Origin: Trueperaceae bacterium
GTDB taxonomy: Bacteria; Deinococcota; Deinococci; Deinococcales; Trueperaceae
Assembly (NCBI GenBank): GCA_034520945.1
Contig: JAXHNB010000006.1
Coordinates: 1-64,000 of the forward strand
DNA length: 64,000 bases
Direction: 5' to 3'
The notes beneath the pieces were generated by a model. The model ran no database searches. It was not told where the DNA came from and worked only from the letters and a program-made list of their open reading frames with translations. Below are positions 1-8,363 of this stretch, one piece after another; the first letter of the stretch is position 1; each line of letters starts with the position of its first letter. A program made the translations under genes and the position numbers.

Positions 1-5
1 GCAGC

Positions 6-236
6 ATGCCGCAGGTCACCATCTACCTCGACTCAGAGACGGAAGCGCACTTGCGTTCGGCGGCGGAGCAAGCCGGTATGTCCAAAAGCAAGTGGGTCGC
101 CGAACTGATCCGTGCCAAGACGGCGCGGTCCTGGCCGGAAACCGTCCGTGAGTTGGCCGGCAGCTGGCAGGACGTTCCGACGCTCGAGGAGCTGCGCCGT
201 GGGCAGGGAAGCGATGTCCCCCGCGAGGGGTTCTGA
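6..236 (+). CDS. vapB: CopG/RHH-type VapB antitoxin
   Basis: 76 aa with N-terminal ribbon-helix-helix pattern (QVTIYLDSETEAHLRSAAEQAGMSKSKWV); stop abuts the GTG of a PIN gene. Confidence 0.8.
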   Translation: MPQVTIYLDSETEAHLRSAAEQAGMSKSKWVAELIRAKTARSWPETVRELAGSWQDVPTLEELRRGQGSDVPREGF

Positions 237-629
237 GTGTACGTGTTGGATACGAACACGCTGATCCACTTTTTCAAGGGGATGGGGCGCGTCTCCGACC
301 GGATGGTGCACGTGCCACCCGAGGAGATCGGCATTCCTGCGGTAGTGGTCTACGAGTTGGAGGTCGGCCTCGCCAACGCCCCCGCGGGCCAGCGACGCCG
401 CGAGCAGTTGGCCGGTCTGTTCGAGCAAGCCCGGGTGTTGCCCTTCGGTCGTGCCCAGGCTCGAGCCGCCGCTGAACTTCGCACGAAGCTCGACCAGCTG
501 GGCCTGTCCATCGGCCCGCCAGGCACCCTGATCGCCGGCACGGCCCTGGCTGCTTCAGCAACACTCGTAACGCACGACACCCGCGCGTTCGAGCGCGTGC
601 CCGATCTGACGGTGGAGGACTGGTACTGA
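237..629 (+). CDS. vapC: VapC PIN-domain toxin (third acidic residue appears substituted)
   Basis: YVLDTN, VVVYEL, LIAGTA...LVTHD PIN motifs; IGPPGTLIA where family consensus is IGPxDxLIA. Confidence 0.85.
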   Translation: MYVLDTNTLIHFFKGMGRVSDRMVHVPPEEIGIPAVVVYELEVGLANAPAGQRRREQLAGLFEQARVLPFGRAQARAAAELRTKLDQLGLSIGPPGTLIAGTALAASATLVTHDTRAFERVPDLTVEDWY

Positions 630-656
630 GCGCGCAGTGGGGTGGAGAACCGGCGG

Positions 657-2570
657 TCAGTTTGCCACGCCCAAACTACGTACCAGCGCCTCCACGCATT
701 CCTCCACCGTCATGCCCTCGGTGTCCAGGTGCACGTCGGGCCGTTGCGGCCGCTCGTAAGGGGAGTCGATGCCGGTGAAGTTCTGGATCTGGCCGGTGCG
801 GGCCTTGGCGTAGAGGCCCTTGGGATCGCGTTGCTCGGCCAGCTCGAGGGGGGTGTCGACGAGCACCTCGACGAACTCGCCCTGTTCGAACATGTCGCGG
901 ACCAGTTGCCGGTCGCTGCGGAACGGGCTGATGAAGGCGGTGATCACGATCAGGCCGGCGTCGGTGAACAGTTTGGCGACCTCGCCGATGCGGCGGATGT
1001 TCTCGACGCGGTCGTCGTCGCCGAAGCCGAGGTCGCGGTTGAGGCCGTGGCGGACGTTGTCGCCGTCCAGCAGGTAGGTGTGGTGGCCCATGGCGACGAG
1101 TTTCTGTTCGAGGGCGTTGGCGATGGTGCTCTTGCCGGCGCCGGAGAGGCCGGTGAACCACAGCACGCGGGGCGTCTGGTTCTTCTGCGCGGCGCGGGCG
1201 GCCTTGTCGATGCGGGTCTGGTGCCAGGTGACGTTGGTGGCGCGGTCCGGGGCAGTGGTGCGGGCGCTGCGCTGGATCATGCCGGCGCCGACCGTGACGT
1301 CGCTGACGCGGTCGATCACGATGAAGCTTCCTGTGGCCGGCTGGGTGCCGTAGGGGTCGAACGCGACCGGCGACGCGAGGGTGAAGGAACAGTCGCCGAT
1401 CTCGTTGAGGTGCAGCCGGTCGGCGGGCTCGCGCACCAGCGTGTTGGGGTTCTGCTTGTGCGCCAAGCGGCGGACGGTGCCTTGCGTGACCTTGGTGCCG
1501 AGTTTGAGGTCGTACAGGCGCCCGGGTTCGAGCGGCTGCTCGGACATCCACACCACGGTGGCGTCGAATGCGTCGCCGACGGAGGGGGCGTTGCCGGGGT
1601 GGACCAGCATGTCGCCGCGCGTGACGTCCAGCTCGTCCTCCAGGGTGACGGTCACCGCGCGGGGGGCGGCGGCCTGCCGCAGGTCGCCGTCCCAGGTGAC
1701 GATGTGCTTGACGCGGCTGCGCTTGCGGGAGGGGAGGACCATGACCTCGTCGCCGACGCGCAGCGTGCCCGACGCGATGGTGCCGGCGTAGCCGCGGAAG
1801 GCGTGGTCGGGGCGGGAGACGTACTGCACCGGGAAGCGCAGGTCGGTGAAGTTCTGGTCCTGGCGCAGGTCGATCGTTTCGAGGACCCGCATCAGGGGCG
1901 GACCGTCGTACCAGGGCATCGCCGCGCTGGGGTTGACGACGTTGTCGCCGGTGAGGGCGGAGATGGGCACCACGTGCAGGTCGACGTCTTGGGCGTCCAG
2001 CTTGCGCAGGACCTCGCGGTACTCGCGGACGATCTCCTCGAAGCGGTCCTGGGCGTAGTCGACCAGGTCCATCTTGTTGACGGCGACCACCAGGTGGCGG
2101 ATGCCGAGCAGCGTGACGATGCTGGTGTGCCGCTTGGTTTGCGGCAGCACGCCCTTGCGGGCGTCGATCAGCACCACCGCCAGGCTGGAGGTGCTGGCGC
2201 CGGTCGCCATGTTCCGGGTGTACTGCTCGTGCCCGGGCGTGTCCGCGATGATGAACTTCCGCTTCTCGGTGCTGAAGTAACGGTAGGCGACGTCGATGGT
2301 GATGCCCTGCTCGCGTTCGGACTGCAGGCCGTCGACCAGCAGCGCCAGGTCGGGCGCATCGCCGGTGGTGCCGTAGCGCCCGCTGTCGTGCGTGAGGGCG
2401 GCCAGTTGGTCGTCGTAGATCAGGTGCGCGTCGTGCAACAGCCGCCCGATCAGCGTGCTCTTGCCGTCGTCGACGCTGCCGCAGGTGATGAAGCGCAGCA
2501 GGTCCTTGTGCTCGTGCTGCTTGAGGTAGGCGTGGATGTCGGTCTCGATCAGGGGCGACTGGTGGCTCAC
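657..2570 (-). CDS. cysNC: Bifunctional sulfate adenylyltransferase subunit 1 / adenylylsulfate kinase (CysN/CysC, NodQ-like)
   Basis: [37 protein letters not shown] GTPase motifs, plus C-terminal [32 protein letters not shown] kinase. Confidence 0.96.
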   Translation of the reverse strand: MSHQSPLIETDIHAYLKQHEHKDLLRFITCGSVDDGKSTLIGRLLHDAHLIYDDQLAALTHDSGRYGTTGDAPDLALLVDGLQSEREQGITIDVAYRYFSTEKRKFIIADTPGHEQYTRNMATGASTSSLAVVLIDARKGVLPQTKRHTSIVTLLGIRHLVVAVNKMDLVDYAQDRFEEIVREYREVLRKLDAQDVDLHVVPISALTGDNVVNPSAAMPWYDGPPLMRVLETIDLRQDQNFTDLRFPVQYVSRPDHAFRGYAGTIASGTLRVGDEVMVLPSRKRSRVKHIVTWDGDLRQAAAPRAVTVTLEDELDVTRGDMLVHPGNAPSVGDAFDATVVWMSEQPLEPGRLYDLKLGTKVTQGTVRRLAHKQNPNTLVREPADRLHLNEIGDCSFTLASPVAFDPYGTQPATGSFIVIDRVSDVTVGAGMIQRSARTTAPDRATNVTWHQTRIDKAARAAQKNQTPRVLWFTGLSGAGKSTIANALEQKLVAMGHHTYLLDGDNVRHGLNRDLGFGDDDRVENIRRIGEVAKLFTDAGLIVITAFISPFRSDRQLVRDMFEQGEFVEVLVDTPLELAEQRDPKGLYAKARTGQIQNFTGIDSPYERPQRPDVHLDTEGMTVEECVEALVRSLGVAN

Positions 2571-2619
2571 GAGCGACCTCCCTGCCGCGCCGAAACGCCG
2601 GTGCGCGCGCCGCTCGCCA

Positions 2620-3573
2620 TCAGAAGTACCCCTGCCGCTTCTTCGCCTCCATGCTGCCGGCCTGGTCGAAGTCGATCACGCGGCCTTGGCGTTCGCTGGT
2701 GGTGGTGAGCAGCATCTCCTGGATGATCTTCGGCAGGGTGTCCGCCTCGCTGCGAACCGCGCCGGTCAGGGGGTAGCACCCCAGGGTGCGAAAGCGGACC
2801 TTCTCCATGCGCGGCGTCTCGCCGGGGTTCAGCGGCATGCGGTCGTCGTCGACCATGATCAGGGTGCCCTCGCGCTCGACCACGGGGCGTTCCTTGGCGT
2901 AGTACAGCGGCACGATGGGGATGTCCTCCAGCCAGATGTACTGCCACACGTCCAACTCGGTCCAGTTGGACAGCGGGAACACCCGGATCGATTCGCCCTT
3001 CTTGCGTTTGGCGTTGTACAGGTTCCACAGTTCCGGGCGTTGGTTGCGGGGGTCCCAGGCGTGATTGGCGTCCCGGAAGCTGAACACGCGCTCCTTGGCG
3101 CGGCTCTTCTCCTCGTCGCGGCGGGCGCCGCCGAACACGGCGTCGTAGCCGCCCTGGGTGAGGACCTGCTTCAGCGCTTGGGTCTTCATCACGTCGGTGT
3201 GCACTTGGCTGCCGTGCGTGAACGGGCCGATGCCCTGCTGGACGCCGTCCTGGTTGATGTGCACGCGGAGCTCCATGCCGACCTCGGCGGCGCGGCGGTC
3301 GCGGAACGCGATCATCTCGCGGAACTTCCAGGTGGTGTCCACGTGCAGCAGCGGGAACGGCGGTGTGCCGGGGTAGAACGCCTTCTGCGCCAGGTGCAGC
3401 ATCACGCTGGAGTCCTTGCCGATCGAGTACAGCATCACCGGCGCGTCGAACTCGGCGGCGACCTCACGCATGATGTGGATCGACTCGGCCTCGAGTTGTT
3501 GCAGGTGCGTGAGTCGGGCCGGCGGCGAATGGGCGTGGCGCATATCGGGCGTGGCGTCGGGGGGTGGGGTCAT
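2620..3573 (-). CDS. cysD: Sulfate adenylyltransferase subunit 2
   Basis: [53 protein letters not shown]. Confidence 0.96.
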   Translation of the reverse strand: MTPPPDATPDMRHAHSPPARLTHLQQLEAESIHIMREVAAEFDAPVMLYSIGKDSSVMLHLAQKAFYPGTPPFPLLHVDTTWKFREMIAFRDRRAAEVGMELRVHINQDGVQQGIGPFTHGSQVHTDVMKTQALKQVLTQGGYDAVFGGARRDEEKSRAKERVFSFRDANHAWDPRNQRPELWNLYNAKRKKGESIRVFPLSNWTELDVWQYIWLEDIPIVPLYYAKERPVVEREGTLIMVDDDRMPLNPGETPRMEKVRFRTLGCYPLTGAVRSEADTLPKIIQEMLLTTTSERQGRVIDFDQAGSMEAKKRQGYF

Positions 3574-4437
3574 GCGTCCTCCACGGGCGTGTCGGGGTCC
3601 GTTGCCTCATCGGGCAGCGGGGCTTCGGGCCCGTAGGCCACCACGAACGGTGGGTTGCGGAGTTCGCTCTTGGCGTAGGTCAGCGGCTGGCGCGTGCCGT
3701 AGCGCCACACCACCCCGCCGGCCGCCTCGACGACGGCCTGCGCGGCGGCGGTGTCCCACTCCATGGTCGGCGCGATGCGGGGGTAATAGTGCGCGCGGCC
3801 CTCCGCCACGCGGCACAGCTTGAGGGAGCTGCCGCTGCTGGTGCGCTCCACGCGGCCGAACATCGCCTCGAGCCCCGCGATGAACGCATCGGTGGCGGGA
3901 TTGCCGTGCGAGCGGCTGGCCACCACCCGGACCGGCCCGTCCGGCGGGGTGGGCGACAGCTCGGCGCGGCCGCGTTCACTCGTCGCGCCACGCGCCCACC
4001 CCGGCCACGCCGCTGTAGGTCACGCCGGTGACGGGGACGTGCACCACGCCCAGCACCGGCCGGCCCGGACCATCGTGGGTGCCGGCGCGCCCGACCTCGA
4101 TCAGGGCGACGTTGACGGTGAACTCGCCGTTGCGGTTCAGGAACTCCTTGGTGCCGTCCAGCGGGTCGATCAGCCAGTAGCGCGTCCAGTCGTAGCGCGC
4201 GGCGAAGGCGTCCTCGTCGGATTCCTCGGACAGGACCGGCAGGTTGGGCGTGAGTTCTTGCAGGCCCTCCATCAGCACGCGGTGCGCCGCCAGGTCGGCG
4301 CGCGTAAGGGGCGAGCCGTCCTCCTTCGCCGTCTCGTCGGTGGTGTTCGGCGCGTCGTACACCTCCAGGATGGCGCGGCCGGCCTGTTGGGCCAGCTGGG
4401 CCACCTGGGCCGCGAGATCGGCATCCGCACGCGTCAT
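3570..4437 (-). pseudogene. cysQ: 3'(2'),5'-bisphosphate nucleotidase CysQ, split by a frameshift near 3980-3990 (real lesion or sequencing error)
   Basis: N-half: KEDGSPLTRADLAAH, LSEE, WLIDPLDGTKEF; C-half in another frame: VVASRSH, GSSLKLCRVAEG, PTMEWDTAAAQAV. Confidence 0.88.
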
Positions 4438-4444
4438 GCCGGTC

Positions 4445-4463
4445 AACCTATCAAATCGGTGGG
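4445..4463. promoter_or_regulatory. cysQ -10 (TAGGTT, minus strand) overlapped by imperfect palindrome CCTATC-N5-GGTGGG, candidate Rrf2 operator
   Basis: AT-richer 65-bp divergent intergenic region; -10 lies 7 nt before the cysQ ATG. Confidence 0.45.
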
Positions 4464-4502
4464 CAGATGGGGGAGAACGGCGGCAGGTATGGTGAACCCC
4501 AC

Positions 4503-4958
4503 ATGGTCGCCCTCACCCAGAAGGCCAAGTACGCGCTCAAGGCCCTCGCGCACCTCGCCCGCGCCTACCCGGAGGACGGCGCGCCGCCCCAGCCGGTGCT
4601 GGGCGCCCGCATCGCGGAAGGGGAGACGATTCCGCCGAAGTTCCTGGAGGGCATCCTGGCCGACCTGAAGCGGCACGGCTACCTGCAGAGCCGCAAGGGC
4701 CGCGGCGGCGGGTATTGGTTGTCCCGCCCGCCCGAGCAGATCCACCTGGGCGCGGTGATCCGTATCTTCGAAGGCCCCCTGGCGCCCATCCCGTGCGTAA
4801 GCAAGCGCTACTACGCGCCCTGCCCCGACTGCGCCAACGAGGCGGATTGCGAGGTGCGTCGCACCATGCTGGACGTCAAGAAGGCCATCCTGGGCGTGCT
4901 GGACCGGACGTCGTTGCGGCAGATGGTGGAGCGGGCGGGGGAGCCGATCGAGTTGTAG
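4503..4958 (+). CDS. Rrf2 family transcriptional regulator with Cys cluster
   Basis: KAKYALKAL, IPPKFLEGILADLK, SRKGRGGGYWL, PCVSKRYYAPCPDCANEADC; divergent from cys operon. Confidence 0.92.
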   Translation: MVALTQKAKYALKALAHLARAYPEDGAPPQPVLGARIAEGETIPPKFLEGILADLKRHGYLQSRKGRGGGYWLSRPPEQIHLGAVIRIFEGPLAPIPCVSKRYYAPCPDCANEADCEVRRTMLDVKKAILGVLDRTSLRQMVERAGEPIEL

Positions 4959-5010
4959 GAGGAGGTGGGCCGATCAACGCTGATACCTTGTGGAACCAGG
5001 TTGGGTACCG

Positions 5011-6132
5011 TCAGAAGGCGTCCTCTCCCTCCGCGAGGTTCAGAAGCTCGGGGAACGCGAAGATCCCGGACCTGCGGCCGCGGCCTGGCCGAATCGTGCG
5101 GACGAGCCCTGCCTCGCGCAGCAGACGCAGGATGCGCATTGCTGTGGCCCTGGTGGGGATGCCCGAAGCTTCGGCGAGATGCGGGGACGCAAAGATCGGG
5201 TACTGAAACAAGAAGTCGACGGTGCGAACGGCGTACTGCGAGTGGGTCAGGTCGACGACGTCGTTCTTACAGCGCTCGTACAGTTCGAGGATGGCCCGTG
5301 CCTTGCGCTCGTTGGCTGTCGCTTGTCGGATCACGCCATCCAAAAAGTAGGCGCACCAGTCGTTCCATGCATCATTGCTCGAGACGGCGCGCAGCCGCGC
5401 GACGTAGGCATCGTGGTTCCGGTCGAAATAGCCGCTCATGTAGAAATCCGGGCTACGCAACAGGCCACGGGCGTAGAGGTAGAGCGGAATGATCATTCGG
5501 CCCAGCCGGCCATTGCCGTCTTCGAACGGGTGGAGGGCCTCGAACTCGACGTGCGCGACGGCCAATTGGACGATGGGATCGAGCTGGCGTTCATCGAGCA
5601 GGTAGCTGGTCCAGGCGTCCATTCCGGCCGCCAGGTGTTCGGGGGCGATGGGCACGAACGAGGCGTCCTCCAGTCTTCCTCCCTCGGGACCGATCCAGTT
5701 CTGCCTGCTTCGATACGCGCCAGGGGACTTTCCCTGTCCGCGCACGCCTTGCATGAGCATGGCGTGCGCTTCGCGAAGCAGCTGCTGTGACAGCGGGCGC
5801 TCGGTCAACGACTTCGCCATCGTGCTCAAGGCCATCCGGTAGTTTCGGATTTCCTCGATGTCGTTCCGCTTCGCGCGTTCGAAGGTCGACGTCTCCAAGT
5901 CCGCCTCGAACTCCAAGACCTCACCGACGGTCGCGTGCGTGCCCTCGATCTTCGACGAAAGGACGGCTTCTTGGGTGACCAATGGGGACAGAAGAACGGA
6001 TGGGTTCGGAATCGCGACGAGCAGGGCGTTGTATGCCGCCAACGCTGCATGCGCGCGGCCGATCAGCGGCACCAATCGCTCGAGGTCCATGCCCTCCGGA
6101 GGGAACCGGCCGAGATGGTAGTGGACGGGCAC
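5011..6132 (-). CDS. Fic family protein (class II, N-terminal inhibitory helix, C-terminal HTH)
   Basis: HPFEDGNGRLGR Fic motif; SSKIEG matches (S/T)xxxE(G/N); visibly lower GC than flanks. Confidence 0.92.
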   Translation of the reverse strand: MPVHYHLGRFPPEGMDLERLVPLIGRAHAALAAYNALLVAIPNPSVLLSPLVTQEAVLSSKIEGTHATVGEVLEFEADLETSTFERAKRNDIEEIRNYRMALSTMAKSLTERPLSQQLLREAHAMLMQGVRGQGKSPGAYRSRQNWIGPEGGRLEDASFVPIAPEHLAAGMDAWTSYLLDERQLDPIVQLAVAHVEFEALHPFEDGNGRLGRMIIPLYLYARGLLRSPDFYMSGYFDRNHDAYVARLRAVSSNDAWNDWCAYFLDGVIRQATANERKARAILELYERCKNDVVDLTHSQYAVRTVDFLFQYPIFASPHLAEASGIPTRATAMRILRLLREAGLVRTIRPGRGRRSGIFAFPELLNLAEGEDAF

Positions 6133-6184
6133 GAGGACCTCCTTGCCGTGAACGTGGAATTGCTCGACCCCATGACCCTACACG

Positions 6185-6248
6185 TTGTGTCTTACGTAAA
6201 GCCATGCGTGAGACACAAAACCGGGAACCGTCAGCCCGTGAGACACAA
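6185..6248. repeat. Three copies of CGT(G/A)AGACACAA (one inverted, two direct)
   Basis: TTGTGTCTTACG 6185-6196, CGTGAGACACAA 6207-6218 and 6237-6248. Confidence 0.8.
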
Positions 6249-6282
6249 ACCGGTCCCCCGCCGCCGTGACACCATGCGCTCC

Positions 6283-7359
6283 ATGAGCGACCTACGCGAA
6301 CGCCTCGAGACCCTGGCCGCCCTCGACGCCGTTTCCGGCCATGAACAGCCCATGGTGCGCCACCTCCGCGACGTGCTGGCGCCCCACTGCGACGACGTCG
6401 AGGTCGACGCCACCGGCAACCTCTACGCCACCAAGCGCGGTCGTAGCGACGGACCGACGGTGATGATCGCCGCCCACACCGACGAGATCGGGCTTCTGGT
6501 CAAGGCGATCGAGCCCGACGGGTTTCTCCGCTTCGAGAAGATCGGCGGGGTGTTGGACGCCGTGCTGCCGGCCCGACTGGTTCGCGTGCAGGACCAGCTC
6601 GGTGTGATCGGCATGAAGGCCGGGCACTACCAGAGCGAGGAGGAACGCAGCCGCGTGCGGCCCCACACGCAGATGTACATCGACGTCGGGGCGGAATCCG
6701 ACAAGGAGATCGCCGAGCGCGGCATCGAGGTCGGCGACCCCGTCGCGTTCGTCAGCGAGGTCGTGCAGCTGGGCCGCGACACGCCGCTGGTGGCGGGGCA
6801 GGCGATCGACAATCGACTCGGGTGCGCCGTGCTGTGCGAGCTGCTGCTGGGCGACCCTCCGCCCGCCGGCACGCTGGTCGCCGCCTTCACCTGCCAGGAG
6901 GAGGTCGGCCTAAAGGGCGCGGGCGTGGCCGGCACACGCATCCAGCCGGACCTGGGCCTGGCGCTGGACACCATGCCAAGCGGCGACACGCCCGACATGG
7001 ACCGCACCACCGAGCTGAACGTGGCGCTGGGCGCCGGGCCCTGCCTGCAGGTCATGACCGGACCACGCGGCAAGGGCTTCCTGCTGGCCGAGCCCGTGAA
7101 GCGTCACCTCCGCCGCGTCGCCGCCGAGGCCGAGGTGCCCCTGCATCTGGTGACGGCCACCGGCGCGGTCAACGACGCCACCACGGTCGCCTGGTCAGGC
7201 CGCGGCGTGCCGGCCGCCGCGATTTGCCTGCCCCGCCGTTACTCGCACTCGCCGCTTGAGGTCGCCGACATGCGCGACGCCGACGCGACGTTGACGTTGT
7301 TGCGTCAGTTGGTCGGGGGCATGGACGAGCTGCCGGCGTTCGGGTTCTTGGACGGCTGA
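6283..7359 (+). CDS. M42 family metallo-aminopeptidase
   Basis: SGHEQ, AAHTDEIG, AIDNRLGC, QEEVGLKGA, RYSHSPLE metal-ligand motifs; alternative start at 6274. Confidence 0.9.
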   Translation: MSDLRERLETLAALDAVSGHEQPMVRHLRDVLAPHCDDVEVDATGNLYATKRGRSDGPTVMIAAHTDEIGLLVKAIEPDGFLRFEKIGGVLDAVLPARLVRVQDQLGVIGMKAGHYQSEEERSRVRPHTQMYIDVGAESDKEIAERGIEVGDPVAFVSEVVQLGRDTPLVAGQAIDNRLGCAVLCELLLGDPPPAGTLVAAFTCQEEVGLKGAGVAGTRIQPDLGLALDTMPSGDTPDMDRTTELNVALGAGPCLQVMTGPRGKGFLLAEPVKRHLRRVAAEAEVPLHLVTATGAVNDATTVAWSGRGVPAAAICLPRRYSHSPLEVADMRDADATLTLLRQLVGGMDELPAFGFLDG

Positions 7360-7361
7360 AC

Positions 7362-7472
7362 GGGCGGGGCGTGGCGCATCGCCGAGACGCGCGGGGTTTC
7401 GGTCTTTCCTGCGAACGCTGCACGCACGCGATGCGCGACCAAGGTGACGACGCTGGCGTCGAGGAGGTTCAT
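7362..7472 (-). pseudogene. Truncated VapC remnant (extent approximate)
   Basis: ATGA overlap with the antitoxin stop; begins MNLLDASVV like PIN beta1, then loses similarity. Confidence 0.35.
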
Positions 7473-7717
7473 CGGGGCAGCCCGCGTTCGTCGTAGTCCA
7501 GCAGTTCCTCGACGGGGCTGTCGTCGAGAACCGGCAGGCGCGCACAATGGCGGGAGATCTCGTTCAGGCGATCGAGGGTGCGGCGGGTTTCTTCTTCGTC
7601 TTGTAGCAGGGCTTCGTGCAGAGCGTCATGCACGGCCTGCGTGAGCGGGATGCTACGCCGTTCGGCCAGCGCACGGGCGAGTTCATACGTGCTCGGATCC
7701 TCGATGTGCCACGACAT
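7469..7717 (-). CDS. VapB-family (Rv0623-like) antitoxin, orphan
   Basis: IEDPSTYELARALAERRSIPLTQAV...LPVLDDSPVEELLDYDERGLP; GAGGAG RBS upstream. Confidence 0.8.
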   Translation of the reverse strand: MSWHIEDPSTYELARALAERRSIPLTQAVHDALHEALLQDEEETRRTLDRLNEISRHCARLPVLDDSPVEELLDYDERGLPR

Positions 7718-7759
7718 GGCCGAACTCCTCTCGCCCCCACCGTATGTCAACGGATCCAC

Positions 7760-8055
7760 GCACACGATCGCGGACACGACGTGGGGATCCTGCCTTCGAG
7801 GCAGGCGTTGACAGACACATGCGTTCGCCGCGCGTCGAGGCGAATCACGTCCTGCCGACCCCACGGCCCACGCACGTTAGGGCGCCCGTGCGTACGTGGG
7901 AACTCCGTGCAAATGCGCGGAGACGAGAAATCGAGTGCATGCCTGCAAGGTCGTGATGGGGCTGCGTTGGAGCGTCCCTGACGATATCGGAAGGGCGCTG
8001 CCTACGCACCGTAGGTCGTGGCGCAACGTGCGGCAACTACGTAAGCGACGGTCAA
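7760..8055 (-). pseudogene. Possible decayed PIN toxin
   Basis: TTGA overlap with antitoxin stop, early stop; fragments RAWAV...ANACVCQRL..HVVSA echo RAWxL...YDAxYV..LVTAD; about toxin-sized, lower-GC gap. Confidence 0.25.
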
Positions 8056-8282
8056 TGCGAGGCTCGGTCGCCTCGTAGCACCGCGACCGCATACGCGAAC
8101 GGGACCGACCCGCCGCTTCTGCCCTCTGCACGGTCCAGCACCTCGTCCAGCGTCGGTTGGCGTGCCATCTCGATCAGCTTGGAGCGCAAGTATTGCTGTA
8201 GTGACGTGCCGCGGGCCGCCGCGCGGCGACGAAGGGCGTCGTGGACGTCCTCGGGGACGTCTCGAATCTGGATCCGCGGCAT
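8052..8282 (-). CDS. FitA-like ribbon-helix-helix antitoxin, orphan
   Basis: MPRIQIRDVPEDVHDALRRRAAARGTSLQQYLR; TATCCT-N6-ATG. Confidence 0.82.
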   Translation of the reverse strand: MPRIQIRDVPEDVHDALRRRAAARGTSLQQYLRSKLIEMARQPTLDEVLDRAEGRSGGSVPFAYAVAVLRGDRASH

Positions 8283-8363
8283 GTCCTAAGGATAGCGTCG
8301 CCGGCGCGGTCGGGTGATGCAAACGGCATCGGTGAAGCGCCTTGGCGACGCGGGGCATGCGCC

